From assembly GCA_965240325.2 (NCBI GenBank), contig OZ251238.1:62001-126000 (forward strand): a stretch of DNA of 64,000 bases. The letters run 5' to 3'. The notes under the pieces were generated by a model that ran no database searches, was not told the DNA's origin, and saw only the letters and a program-made list of their open reading frames with translations. A program made the position numbers and the translations under genes. Shown piece after piece: positions 1 to 12,000 of this stretch (positions are counted from its first letter, which is position 1; the number at the start of each line of letters is the position of its first letter). Source of the stretch: Rebecca billardiae RCC1528 (taxonomy: Eukaryota; Protista; Haptophyta).

Positions 1-3000
1 CCATCGCCGGCACCGGCAGCCTCGCCGCTGCCACCGCCGTCCCCGCCGCCATCGCCGCCGCCGAGCCCGCCGCCATCACCACCGCCTTCGCCGCCGCCCT
101 CTCCGCTGCCCAGCCCGCCTCCGTCGCCACCGCCGTCGCCGCCACCGGCAGCCTCGCCGCTGCCACCACCGTCGCCGCCGCCATCGCCGCCGCCGAGCCC
201 GCCGCCATCACCACCGCCTTCGCCGCCGCCCTCGCCGCCGCCCTCGCCGCCGCCGAGCCCGCCTCCGTCGCCACCGCCGTCGCCGCCACCGGCGGCCTCG
301 CCGCTGCCACCACCGTCGCCGCCGCCATCGCCGCCGCCGAGCCCGCCGCCATCACCACCGCCTTCGCCGCCGCCCTCCCCGCCGCCCTCGCCGCCGCCGA
401 GCCCGCCTCCGTCGCCACCGCCATCGCCGCCACCGGCAGCCTCGCCGCTGCCACCGCCGTCCCCGCCGCCGTCGCCGCCGCCGAGCCCGCCGCCATCACC
501 ACCGCCTTCGCCTCCTCCGAGCCCACCGCCGCCAGTCCCACCGCCCTCGCCGCCCCCTAGCCCTCCGCCCAGCCCGCCGCCGTCGCCACCGCCGGCACCG
601 CCACCGCCACCGAGGGCGCAGCCCTTCCCACCGCCGAGCCCACCTGCGCCGCCGCCCAGCCCTCCGCCGAGCCCGCCGCCGCAGCCGCCGCCGAGCCCGC
701 CCCCGGCGTCACCTCCGCTGCCACCGCCCTCGCCACCGCCGAGCCCACCGCCGCCGGCGCCGCCGCCGTCCCCTCCTCCACAGCCGCCGCCGAGCCCGCC
801 ACCGACGCAGCCGCCGTCCCCGCCACCCTCGCCGCCACCTTCGCCGCCGCCCAGCCCGCCTCCGACGCCACCGCCATCGCCACCACCGTCGCCGCCACCG
901 GCAGCCTCGCCGCTGCCACCACCGTCTCCGCCGCCGTCGCCGCCGCCGAGCCCGCCGCCATCACCACCGCCCTCGCCGCCGCCCTCCCCGCCGCCCTCGC
1001 CGCCGCCGAGCCCGCCTCCGTCGCCACCGCCGTCGCCGCCACCGGCAGCCTCGCCGCTGCCACCACCGTCGCCGCCGCCATCGCCGCCGCCGAGCCCGCC
1101 GCCATCACCACCGCCTTCGCCGCCGCCCTCCCCGCCGCCCTCGCCGCCGCCGAGCCCGCCTCCGTCGCCACCGCCATCGCCGCCACCGGCAGCCTCGCCG
1201 CTGCCACCGCCGTCCCCGCCGCCGTCGCCGCCGCCGAGCCCGCCGCCATCACCACCGCCTTCGCCGCCGCCCTCCCCGCCGCCCTCGCCGCCGCCGAGCC
1301 CGCCTCCGTCGCCACCACCATCGCCGCCACCGGCAGCCTCGCCGCTTCCACCACCGTCGCCGCCGCCATCGCCGCCGCCGAGCCCGCCTCCGTCGCCACC
1401 GCCATCGCCGCCACCGGCAGCCTCGCCGCTGCCACCACCGTCCCCGCCGCCATCGCCGCCGCCGAGCCAGCCGCCATCACCACCGCCTTCGCCGCCGCCC
1501 TCTCCGCCGCCGAGCCCGCCTCCGTCGCCACCGCCGTCGCCGCCACCGGCAGCCTCGCCGCTGCCACCGCCGTCCCCGCCACCATCGCCGCCGCCAAGCC
1601 CGCCGCCATCACCACCGCCCTCGCCGCCGCCCTCTCGGCCGCCCTCTCCGCCGCCGAGCCCGCCTCCGTCGCCACCGCCATCGCCGCCACCGGCAGCCTC
1701 GCCGCTTCCACCACCGTCCCCGCCGCCGTCGCCGCCGCCGAGCCCGCCGCCATCACCACCGCCTTCGCCTCCTCCGAGCCCACCGCCGCCAGTCCCACCG
1801 CCCTCGCCGCCCCCTAGCCCTCCGCCCAGCCCGCCGCCGTCGCCACCGCCGGCACCGCCACCGCCACCGAGGGCGCAGCCCTTCCCACCGCCGAGCCCAC
1901 CTGCGCCGCCGCCCAGCCCTCCGCCGAGCCCGCCGCCGCAGCCGCCGCCGAGCCCGCCCCCGGCGTTACCTCCGCTGCCACCGCCCTCGCCACCGCCGAG
2001 CCCACCGCCGCCGGCGCCGCCGCCGTCCCCTCCTCCACAGCCGCCGCCGAGCCCGCCTCCGTCGCCGCCGCCATCGCCACCACCGTCGCCGCCACCGGCA
2101 GCCTCGCCGCTGCCACCACCGTCTCCGCCGCCATCGCCGCCGCCGAGCCCGCCGCCATCACCAGCGCCCTCGCCGCCGCCCTCGCCGCCGCCCTTGCCGC
2201 CGCCGAGCCCGCCTCCGTCGCCACCGCCGTCGCCGCCACCGGCAGCCTCGCCGCTGCCACCACCGTCTCCGCCGCCATCGCCGCCGCCGAGCCCGCCGCC
2301 ATCACCACCGCCTTCGCCGCCGCCCTCCCCGCCGCCCTCGCCGCCGCCGAGCCCGCCTCCGTCGCCACCGCCATCGCCGCCACCGGCAGCCTCGCCGCTG
2401 CCACCGCCGTCCCCGCCGCCGTCGCCGCCGCCGAGCCCGCCGCCATCACCACCGCCTTCGCCTCCTCCGAGCCCACCGCCGCCAGTCCCACCGCCCTCGC
2501 CGCCCCCTAGCCCTCCGCCCAGCCCGCCGCCGTCGCCACCGCCGGCACCGCCACCGCCACCGAGGGCGCAGCCCTTCCCACCGCCGAGCCCACCTGCGCC
2601 GCCGCCCAGCCCTCCGCCGAGCCCGCCGCCGCAGCCGCCGCCGAGCCCGCCCCCGGTGTCACCTCCGCTGCCACCGCCCTCGCCACCGCCGAGCCCACCG
2701 CCGCCGGCGCCGCCGCCGTCCCCTCCTCCACAGCCGCCGCCGAGCCCGCCACCGACGCAGCCGCCGTCCCCGCCACCCTCGCCGCCACCTTCGCCGCCGC
2801 CCAGCCCGCCCCCGACGCCACCGCCATCGCCACCACCGTCGCCGCCACCGGCAGCCTCGCCGCTGCCACCACCGTCTCCGCCGCCATCGCCGCTGCCGAG
2901 CCCGCCGCCATCACCACCGCCCTCGCCGCCGCCGTCGCCGCCGCCCTCGCCGCCGCCGAGCCCGCCTCCGTCGCCACCGCCGTCGCCGCCACCGGCAGCC

Positions 3001-6000
3001 TCGCCGCTGCCACCGCCGTCCCCGCCGCCATCGCCGCTGCCGAGCCCGCCGCCATCACCACCGCCCTCGCCGCCGCCCTCGCCGCCGCCCTCTCGGCCGC
3101 CCTCGCCGCCGCCGAGCCCGCCTCCGTCGCCACCGCCGTCGCCGCCACCGGCAGCCTCGCCGCTGCCACCACCGTCGCCGCCGCCATCGGCGCCGCCGAG
3201 CCAGCCGCCATCACCACCGCCTTCGCCGCCGCCCTCTCCGCCGCCATCGCCGCCGCCGAGCCCGCCGCCATCACCACCGCCCTCGCCGCCGCCCTCCCCG
3301 CCGCCCTCGCCGCCGCCGAGCCCGCCTCCGTCGCCACCGCCATCGCCGCCACCGGCAGCCTCGCCGCTGCCACCGCCGTCCCCGCCGCCATCGGCGCCGC
3401 CGAGCCAGCCGCCATCACCACCGCCTTCGCCGCCGCCCTCTCCGCCGCCATCGCCGCCGCCGAGCCCGCCGCCATCACCACCGCCCTCGCCGCCACCGGC
3501 AGCCTCGCCGCTGCCACCGCCGTCCCCGCCGCCATCGCCGCCGCCGAGCCAGCCGCCATCACCACCGCCTTCGCCGCCGCCCTCTCCGCCGCCATCGCCG
3601 CCGCCGAGCCCGCCGCCATCACCACCGCCCTCGCCGCCACCGGCAGCCTCGCCGCTGCCACCGCCGTCCCCGCCGCCATCGCCGCCGCCGAGCCAGCCGC
3701 CATCACCACCGCCTTCGTCGCCGCCCTCTCCGCCGCCCTCGCCGCCGCCGAGCCCGCCTCCGTCGCCACCGCCGTCGCCGCCACCGGCAGCCTCGCCGCT
3801 GCCACCGCCGTCCCCGCCGCCGTCGCCGCCGCCGAGCCCGCCGCCATCACCACCGCCTTCGCCTCCTCCGAGCCCACCGCCGCCAGTCCCACCGCCCTCG
3901 CCGCCCCCTAGCCCTCCGCCCAGCCCGCCGCCGTCGCCACCGCCGGCACCGCCACCGCCACCGAGGGCGCAGCCCTTCCCACCGCCGAGCCCACCTGCGC
4001 CGCCGCCCAGCCCTCCGCCGAGCCCGCCGCCGCAGCCGCCGCCGAGCCCGCCCCCGGTGTCACCTCCGCTGCCACCGCCCTCGCCACCGCCGAGCCCACC
4101 GCCGCCGGCGCCGCCGCCGTCCCCTCCTCCACAGCCGCCGCCGAGCCCGCCACCGACGCAGCCGCCGTCCCCGCCACCCTCGCCGCCACCTTCGCCGCCG
4201 CCCAGCCCGCCTCCGACGCCACCGCCATCGCCACCACCGTCGCCGCCACCGGCAGCCTCGCCGCTGCCACCACCGTCTCAGCCGCCGTCGCCGCCGCCGA
4301 GCCCGCCGCCATCACCACCGCCTTCGCCGCCGCCCTCTCCGCCGCCCTCGCCGCCGCCGAGACCGCCTCCGTCGCCACCGCCGTCGCCGCCACCGGCAGC
4401 CTCGCCGCTGCCACCGCCGTCCCCGCCGCCATCGCCGCTGCCGAGCCCGCCGCCATCACCACCGCCCTCGCCGCCGCCGTCGCCGCCGCCCTCGCCGCCG
4501 CCGAGCCCGCCTCCGTCGCCACCGCCGTCGCCGCCACCGGCAGCCTCGCCGCTGCCACCGCCGTCCCCGCCGCCATCGCCGCTGCCGAGCCCGCCGCCAT
4601 CACCACCGCCCTCGCCGCCGCCCTCGCCGCCGCCCTCTCGGCCGCCCTCGCCGCCGCCGAGCCCGCCTCCGTCGCCACCGCCGTCGCCGCCACCGGCAGC
4701 CTCGCCGCTGCCACCACCGTCGCCGCCGCCATCGGCGCCGCCGAGCCAGCCGCCATCACCACCGCCTTCGCCGCCGCCCTCTCCGCCGCCATCGCCGCCG
4801 CCGAGCCCGCCGCCATCACCACCGCCCTCGCCGCCACCGGCAGCCTCGCCGCTGCCACCGCCGTCCCCGCCGCCATCGCCGCCGCCGAGCCAGCCGCCAT
4901 CACCACCGCCTTCGCCGCCGCCCTCTCCGCCGCCCTCGCCGCCGCCGAGCCCGCCTCCGTCGCCACCGCCGTCGCCGCCACCGGCAGCCTCGCCGCTGCC
5001 ACCGCCGTCCCCGCCGCCATCGCCGCCGCCGAGCCAGCCGCCATCACCACCGCCTTCGCCGCCGCCCTCTCCGCCGCCCTCGCCGCCGCCGAGCCCGCCT
5101 CCGTTGCCACCGCCGTCGCCGCCACCGGCAGCCTCGCCGCTGCCACCGCCGTCCCCGCCGCCGTCGCCGCCGCCGAGCCCGCCGCCATCACCACCGCCTT
5201 CGCCTCCTCCGAGCCCACCGCCGCCAGTCCCACCGCCCTCGCCGCCCCCTAGCCCTCCGCCCAGCCCGCCGCCGTCGCCACCGCCGGCACCGCCACCGCC
5301 ACCGAGGGCGCAGCCCTTCCCACCGCCGAGCCCACCTGCGCCGCCGCCCAGCCCTCCGCCGAGCCCGCCGCCGCAGCCGCCGCCGAGCCCGCCCCCGGCG
5401 TTACCTCCGCTGCCACCGCCCTCGCCACCGCCGAGCCCACCGCCGCCGGCGCCGCCGCCGTCCCCTCCTCCACAGCCGCCGCCAAGCCCGCCACCGACGC
5501 AGCCGCCGTCCCCGCCGCCCTCGCCGCCACCTTCGCCGCCGCCCTCGCCGCCGCCGAGCCCGCCTCCGTCGCCACCGCCGTCGCCGCCACCGGCAGCCTC
5601 GCCGCTGCCACCGCCGTCCCCGCCGCCATCGGCGCCGCCGAGCCAGCCGCCATCACCACCGCCTTCGCCGCCGCCCTCTCCGCCGCCATCGCCGCCGCCG
5701 AGCCCGCCGCCATCACCACCGCCCTCGCCGCCACCGGCAGCCTCGCCGCTGCCACCGCCGTCCCCGCCGCCATCGCCGCCGCCGAGCCCGCCGCCATCAC
5801 CACCGCCTTCGCAGCCGCCCTCTCCGCCTCCCTCGCCGCCGCCGAGCCCGCCTCCGTCGCCACCGCCATCGCCGCCACCGGCAGCCTCGCCGCTGCCACC
5901 ACCGTCGCCGCCGCCATCGCCGCCGCCGAGCCAGCCGCCATCACCACCGCCTTCGCCGCCGCCCTCTCCGCCGCCATCGCCGCCGCCGAGCCCGCCGCCA

Positions 6001-9000
6001 TCACCACCGCCCTCGCCGCCACCGGCAGCCTCGCCGCTGCCACCGCCGTCCCCGCCGCCATCGCCGCCGCCGAGCCAGCCGCCATCACCACCGCCTTCGT
6101 CGCCGCCCTCTCCGCCGCCCTCGCCGCCGCCGAGCCCGCCTCCGTCGCCACCGCCGTCGCCGCCACCGGCAGCCTCGCCGCTGCCACCGCCGTCCCCGCC
6201 GCCGTCGCCGCCGCCGAGCCCGCCGCCATCACCACCGCCTTCGCCTCCTCCGAGCCCACCGCCGCCAGTCCCACCGCCCTCGCCGCCCCCTAGCCCTCCG
6301 CCCAGCCCGCCGCCGTCGCCACCGCCGGCACCGCCACCGCCACCGAGGGCGCAGCCCTTCCCACCGCCGAGCCCACCTGCGCCGCCGCCCAGCCCTCCGC
6401 CGAGCCCGCCGCCGCAGCCGCCGCCGAGCCCGCCCCCGGTGTCACCTCCGCTGCCACCGCCCTCGCCACCGCCGAGCCCACCGCCGCCGGCGCCGCCGCC
6501 GTCCCCTCCTCCACAGCCGCCGCCGAGCCCGCCACCGACGCAGCCGCCGTCCCCGCCACCCTCGCCGCCACCTTCGCCGCCGCCCAGCCCGCCTCCGACG
6601 CCACCGCCATCGCCACCACCGTCGCCGCCACCGGCAGCCTCGCCGCTGCCACCACCGTCTCAGCCGCCGTCGCCGCCGCCGAGCCCGCCGCCATCACCAC
6701 CGCCTTCGCCGCCGCCCTCTCCGCCGCCCTCGCCGCCGCCGAGACCGCCTCCGTCGCCACCGCCGTCGCCGCCACCGGCAGCCTCGCCGCTGCCACCGCC
6801 GTCCCCGCCGCCATCGCCGCTGCCGAGCCCGCCGCCATCACCACCGCCCTCGCCGCCGCCGTCGCCGCCGCCCTCGCCGCCGCCGAGCCCGCCTCCGTCG
6901 CCACCGCCGTCGCCGCCACCGGCAGCCTCGCCGCTGCCACCGCCGTCCCCGCCGCCATCGCCGCTGCCGAGCCCGCCGCCATCACCACCGCCCTCGCCGC
7001 CGCCCTCGCCGCCGCCCTCTCGGCCGCCCTCGCCGCCGCCGAGCCCGCCTCCGTCGCCACCGCCGTCGCCGCCACCGGCAGCCTCGCCGCTGCCACCACC
7101 GTCGCCGCCGCCATCGGCGCCGCCGAGCCAGCCGCCATCACCACCGCCTTCGCCGCCGCCCTCTCCGCCGCCATCGCCGCCGCCGAGCCCGCCGCCATCA
7201 CCACCGCCCTCGCCGCCACCGGCAGCCTCGCCGCTGCCACCGCCGTCCCCGCCGCCATCGCCGCCGCCGAGCCAGCCGCCATCACCACCGCCTTCGCCGC
7301 CGCCCTCTCCGCCGCCCTCGCCGCCGCCGAGCCCGCCTCCGTCGCCACCGCCGTCGCCGCCACCGGCAGCCTCGCCGCTGCCACCGCCGTCCCCGCCGCC
7401 ATCGCCGCCGCCGAGCCAGCCGCCATCACCACCGCCTTCGCCGCCGCCCTCTCCGCCGCCCTCGCCGCCGCCGAGCCCGCCTCCGTTGCCACCGCCGTCG
7501 CCGCCACCGGCAGCCTCGCCGCTGCCACCGCCGTCCCCGCCGCCGTCGCCGCCGCCGAGCCCGCCGCCATCACCACCGCCTTCGCCTCCTCCGAGCCCAC
7601 CGCCGCCAGTCCCACCGCCCTCGCCGCCCCCTAGCCCTCCGCCCAGCCCGCCGCCGTCGCCACCGCCGGCACCGCCACCGCCACCGAGGGCGCAGCCCTT
7701 CCCACCGCCGAGCCCACCTGCGCCGCCGCCCAGCCCTCCGCCGAGCCCGCCGCCGCAGCCGCCGCCGAGCCCGCCCCCGGCGTTACCTCCGCTGCCACCG
7801 CCCTCGCCACCGCCGAGCCCACCGCCGCCGGCGCCGCCGCCGTCCCCTCCTCCACAGCCGCCGCCAAGCCCGCCACCGACGCAGCCGCCGTCCCCGCCGC
7901 CCTCGCCGCCACCTTCGCCGCCGCCCTCGCCGCCGCCGAGCCCGCCTCCGTCGCCACCGCCGTCGCCGCCACCGGCAGCCTCGCCGCTGCCACCGCCGTC
8001 CCCGCCGCCATCGGCGCCGCCGAGCCAGCCGCCATCACCACCGCCTTCGCCGCCGCCCTCTCCGCCGCCATCGCCGCCGCCGAGCCCGCCGCCATCACCA
8101 CCGCCCTCGCCGCCACCGGCAGCCTCGCCGCTGCCACCGCCGTCCCCGCCGCCATCGCCGCCGCCGAGCCCGCCGCCATCACCACCGCCTTCGCAGCCGC
8201 CCTCTCCGCCTCCCTCGCCGCCGCCGAGCCCGCCTCCGTCGCCACCGCCATCGCCGCCACCGGCAGCCTCGCCGCTGCCACCACCGTCGCCGCCGCCATC
8301 GCCGCCGCCGAGCCCGCCGCCATCACCACCGCCCTCGCCGCCGCCCTCGCCGCCGCCCTCGCCACCGCCGAGCCCGCCTCCGTCGCCACCGCCATCGCCG
8401 CCACCGGCAGCTTCGCCGCTGCCACCGCCGTCCCCGCCGCCATTGCCGCCGCCGAGCCCGCCGCCATCACCACCGCCCTCGCCTCCTCCGAGCCCACCGC
8501 CGCCAGTCCCACCGCCCTCGCCGCCCCCTAGCCCTCCGCCCAGCCCGCCGCCGTCGCCACCGCCGGCACCGCCACCGCCACCGAGGGCGCAGCCCTTCCC
8601 ACCGCCGAGCCCACCTGCGCCGCCGCCCAGCCCTCCGCCGAGCCCGCCGCCGCAGCCGCCGCCGAGCCCGCCACCGGCGTCACCTCCGCTGCCACCGCCC
8701 TCGCCACCGCCGAGCCCACCGCCGCCGGCGCCGCCGCCGTCCCCTCCTCCACAGCCGCCGCCGAGCCCGCCACCGACGCAGCCGCCGTCCCCGCCACCCT
8801 CGCCGCCACCTTCGCCGCCGCCCAGCCCGCCTCCGACGCCACCGCCATCGCCACCACCGTCGCCGCCACCGGCAGCCTCGCCGCTGCCACCACCGTCTCC
8901 GCCGCCGTCGCCGCTGCCGAGCCCGCCGCCATCACCACCGCCGTCGCCGCCGCCCTCTCGGCCGCCCTCGCCGCCGCCGAGGCCGCCTCCCTCGCCACCG

Positions 9001-9060
9001 CCATCGCCGCCACCGGCAGCCTCGCCGCTGCCACCGCCGTCCCCGCCGCCGTCGCCGCCG
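1..9060 (+). repeat. Coding tandem array A: PAASPLPPPS(PPPS)n subunits punctuated by a block containing PPRAQPF
   Basis: A marker CTAG (in CCCCCTAGCCC) recurs at about 557, 1814, 2507, 3908, 5249, 6290, 7631 and 8528 (spacings 1257, 693, 1401, 1341, 1041, 1341, 897, all multiples of 3). Antisense shadow ORFs 3908..5233 and 6290..7615 translate identically. Confidence 0.9.
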
Positions 9061-12000
9061 CCGCCCACGCCACCGCCCTCGCCGCCGCCAAGCCCGCCGC
9101 CGAGCCCGCCGCCGGCGCCACCACCGCCACCACGCGGCCTGCCGTTCCCGCCGCCCAGCCCACCCGCGCCTCCGCCCAGCCGGCCTCCGGGCGCGCCGCC
9201 CAGCCCGCCGCCCCTGCCGCCGCCGTCGCCACCGCCCGTGCCGCCTCCGTCGCCGCCGCCGAGCCCGAGCCCGCCGCCTCCTACGCCGCCGCCGTCGCCG
9301 CCACCATCGCCGCCGCCCTCTCCACCGCCCTCGCCGCCGCCGAGCCCGCCACCGTCGCTGCCCGTGCCGCCGCCCTCGCCGCCGCCCTCACCGCCGCCCT
9401 CACGGCTGCCCTCGCCGCCGCCTGCGCCGCCACCCTCGCCGCCACCCACTCCGCCGCCTTCTCCGCCGCCGGCTCCGCCGCCGAGCCCGCCGCCGTCGCC
9501 GCCCCCGGCGACGCCGTCGCCACCGCCGTCGCCGCCACCCGCGCCGCCGCCGTCGCCGCCGCCCAGCCCACCGCCCTCGCCGCCTCCGAGCCCACCGCTG
9601 CCACCGCCATCGCCTCCGCCAAGCCCGCCGCCGCCGCTGCCGCCGCCCACGCCGCCGCCCTCGCCGCCGCCAAGCCCGCCGCCGAGCCCGCCGCCGGCGC
9701 CACCACCGCCACCACGCGGCCTGCCGTTCCCGCCGCCCAGCCCGCCCGCGCCTCCGCCCAGCCCGCCTCCGGGCGCGCCGCCCAGCCCGCCGCCCCTGCT
9801 GCCGCCGTCGCCTCCGCCCGTGCCGCCGCCGTCGCCACCGCCGAGCCCGCCGCCCCCTACGCCGCCGCCGTCGCCGCCACCATCGCCGCCGCCCTCACCA
9901 CCGCCCTCGCCGCCGCCGAGCCCGCCACCGCCGCTGCCCGCGCCGCCGCCGTCGCCGCCGCCCTCACCGCCGCCCTCACCGCCGCCCTCGCCGCCGCCTG
10001 CGCCGCCACCCTCGCCGCCACCCACTCCGCCGCCTTCTCCACCGCCGGCTCCGCCGCCGAGCCCGCCGCCGTCGCCGCCCCCGGCGACGCCGTCGCCACC
10101 GCCGTCGCCGCCACCCGCGCAGCCGCCGTCGCCGCCGCCCAGCCCACCGCCGTCGCCGCCTCCGAGCCCACCGTTGCCACCGCCATCGCCGCCGCCAAGC
10201 CCGCCGCCGCCGCTGCCGCCGCCCACGCCGCCGCCCTCGCCGCCGCCAAGCCCGCCGCCGAGCCCGCCGCCGGCGCCACCACCGCCACCACGCGGCCTGC
10301 CGTTCCCGCCGCCCAGCCCGCCCGCGCCTCCGCCCAGCCCGCCTCCGGGCGCGCCGCCCAGCCCGCCGCCCCTGCCGCCGCCGTCGCCACCGCCCGTGCC
10401 GCCGCCGTCGCCACCGCCGAGCCCGCCGCCGCCTACGCCGCCGCCGTCGCCGCCACCATCGCCGCCGCCCTCACCACCGCCCTCGCCGCCGCCGAGCCCG
10501 CCACCGCCGCTGCCCGCGCCGCCGCCGTCGCCGCCGCCCTCACCGCCGCCCTCACCGCCGCCCTCGCCGCCGCCTGCGCCGCCACCCTCGCCGCCACCCA
10601 CTCCGCCGCCTTCTCCGCCGCCGGCTCCGCCGCCGAGCCCGCCGCCGTCGCCGCCCCCGGCGACGCCGTCGCCACCGCCGTCGCCGCCACCCGCGCCGCC
10701 GCCGTCGCCGCCGCCCAGCCCACCGCCGTCGCCGCCTCCGAGCCCACCGCAGCCACCGCCATCGCCGCCGCCAAGCCCGCCGCCGCCGCTGCCGCCGCCC
10801 TCGCCGCCGCCCTCGCCGCCGCCAAGCCCGCCGCCGAGCCCGCCGCCGGCGCCACCACCGCCACCACGCGGCCTGCCGTTCCCGCCGCCCAGCCCGCCCG
10901 CGCCTCCGCCCAGCCCGCCTCCGGGCGCGCCGCCCAGCCCGCCGCCCCTGCCGCCGCCGTCGCCACCGCCCGTGCCGCCGCCGTCGCCACCGCCGAGCCC
11001 GCCGCCGCCTACGCCGCCGCCGTCGCCGCCACCATCGCCGCCGCCCTCACCACCGCCCTCGCCGCCGCCGAGCCCGCCACCGCCGCTGCCCGCGCCGCCG
11101 CCGTCGCCGCCGCCCTCACCGCCGCCCTCACCGCCGCCCTCGCCGCCGCCTGCGCCGCCACCCTCGCCGCCACCCACTCCGCCGCCTTCTCCGCCGCCGG
11201 CTCCGCCGCCGAGCCCGCCGCCGTCGCCGCCCCCGGCGACGCCGTCGCCACCGCCGTCGCCGCCACCCGCGCCGCCGCCGTCGCCGCCGCCCAGCCCACC
11301 GCCCTCGCCGCCTCCGAGCCCACCGCAGCCACCGCCATCGCCGCCGCCAAGCCCGCCGCCGCCGCTGCCGCCGCCCACGCCGCCGCCCTCGCCGCCGCCA
11401 AGCCCGCCGCCGAGCCCGCCGCCGGCGCCACCACCGCCACCACGCGGCCTGCCGTTCCCGCCGCCCAGCCCGCCCGCGCCTCCGCCCAGCCCGCCTCCGG
11501 GCGCGCCGCCCAGCCTGCCGCCCCTGCCGCCGCCGTCGCCTCCGCCCGTGCCGACGCCGTCGCCTCCGCCGAGCCCGCCGCCTCCTACGCCGCCGCCGTC
11601 GCCGCCACCATCACCGCCGCCCTCGCCACCGCCCTCGCCGCCGCCGAGCCCGCCACCGCCGCTGCCCGCGCCGCCGCCCTCACCACCGCCCTCACCGCCG
11701 CCCTCACCGCCGCCCTCGCCGCCGCCTGCGCCGCCACCCTCGCCGCCACCCACTCCGCCGCCTTCTCCGCCGCCGGCTCCGCCGCCGAGCCCGCCGCCGT
11801 CGCCGCCCCCGGCGACGCCGTCGCCACCGCCGTCGCCGCCACCCGCGCCGCCGCCGTCGCCGCCGCCCAGCCCACCGCCCTCGCCGCCTCCGAGCCCACC
11901 GTTGCCACCGCCATCGCCGCCGCCAAGCCCGCCGCCGCCGCTGCCGCCGCCCACGCCGCCGCCCTCGCCGCCGCCAAGCCCGCCGCCGAGCCCGCCGCCG

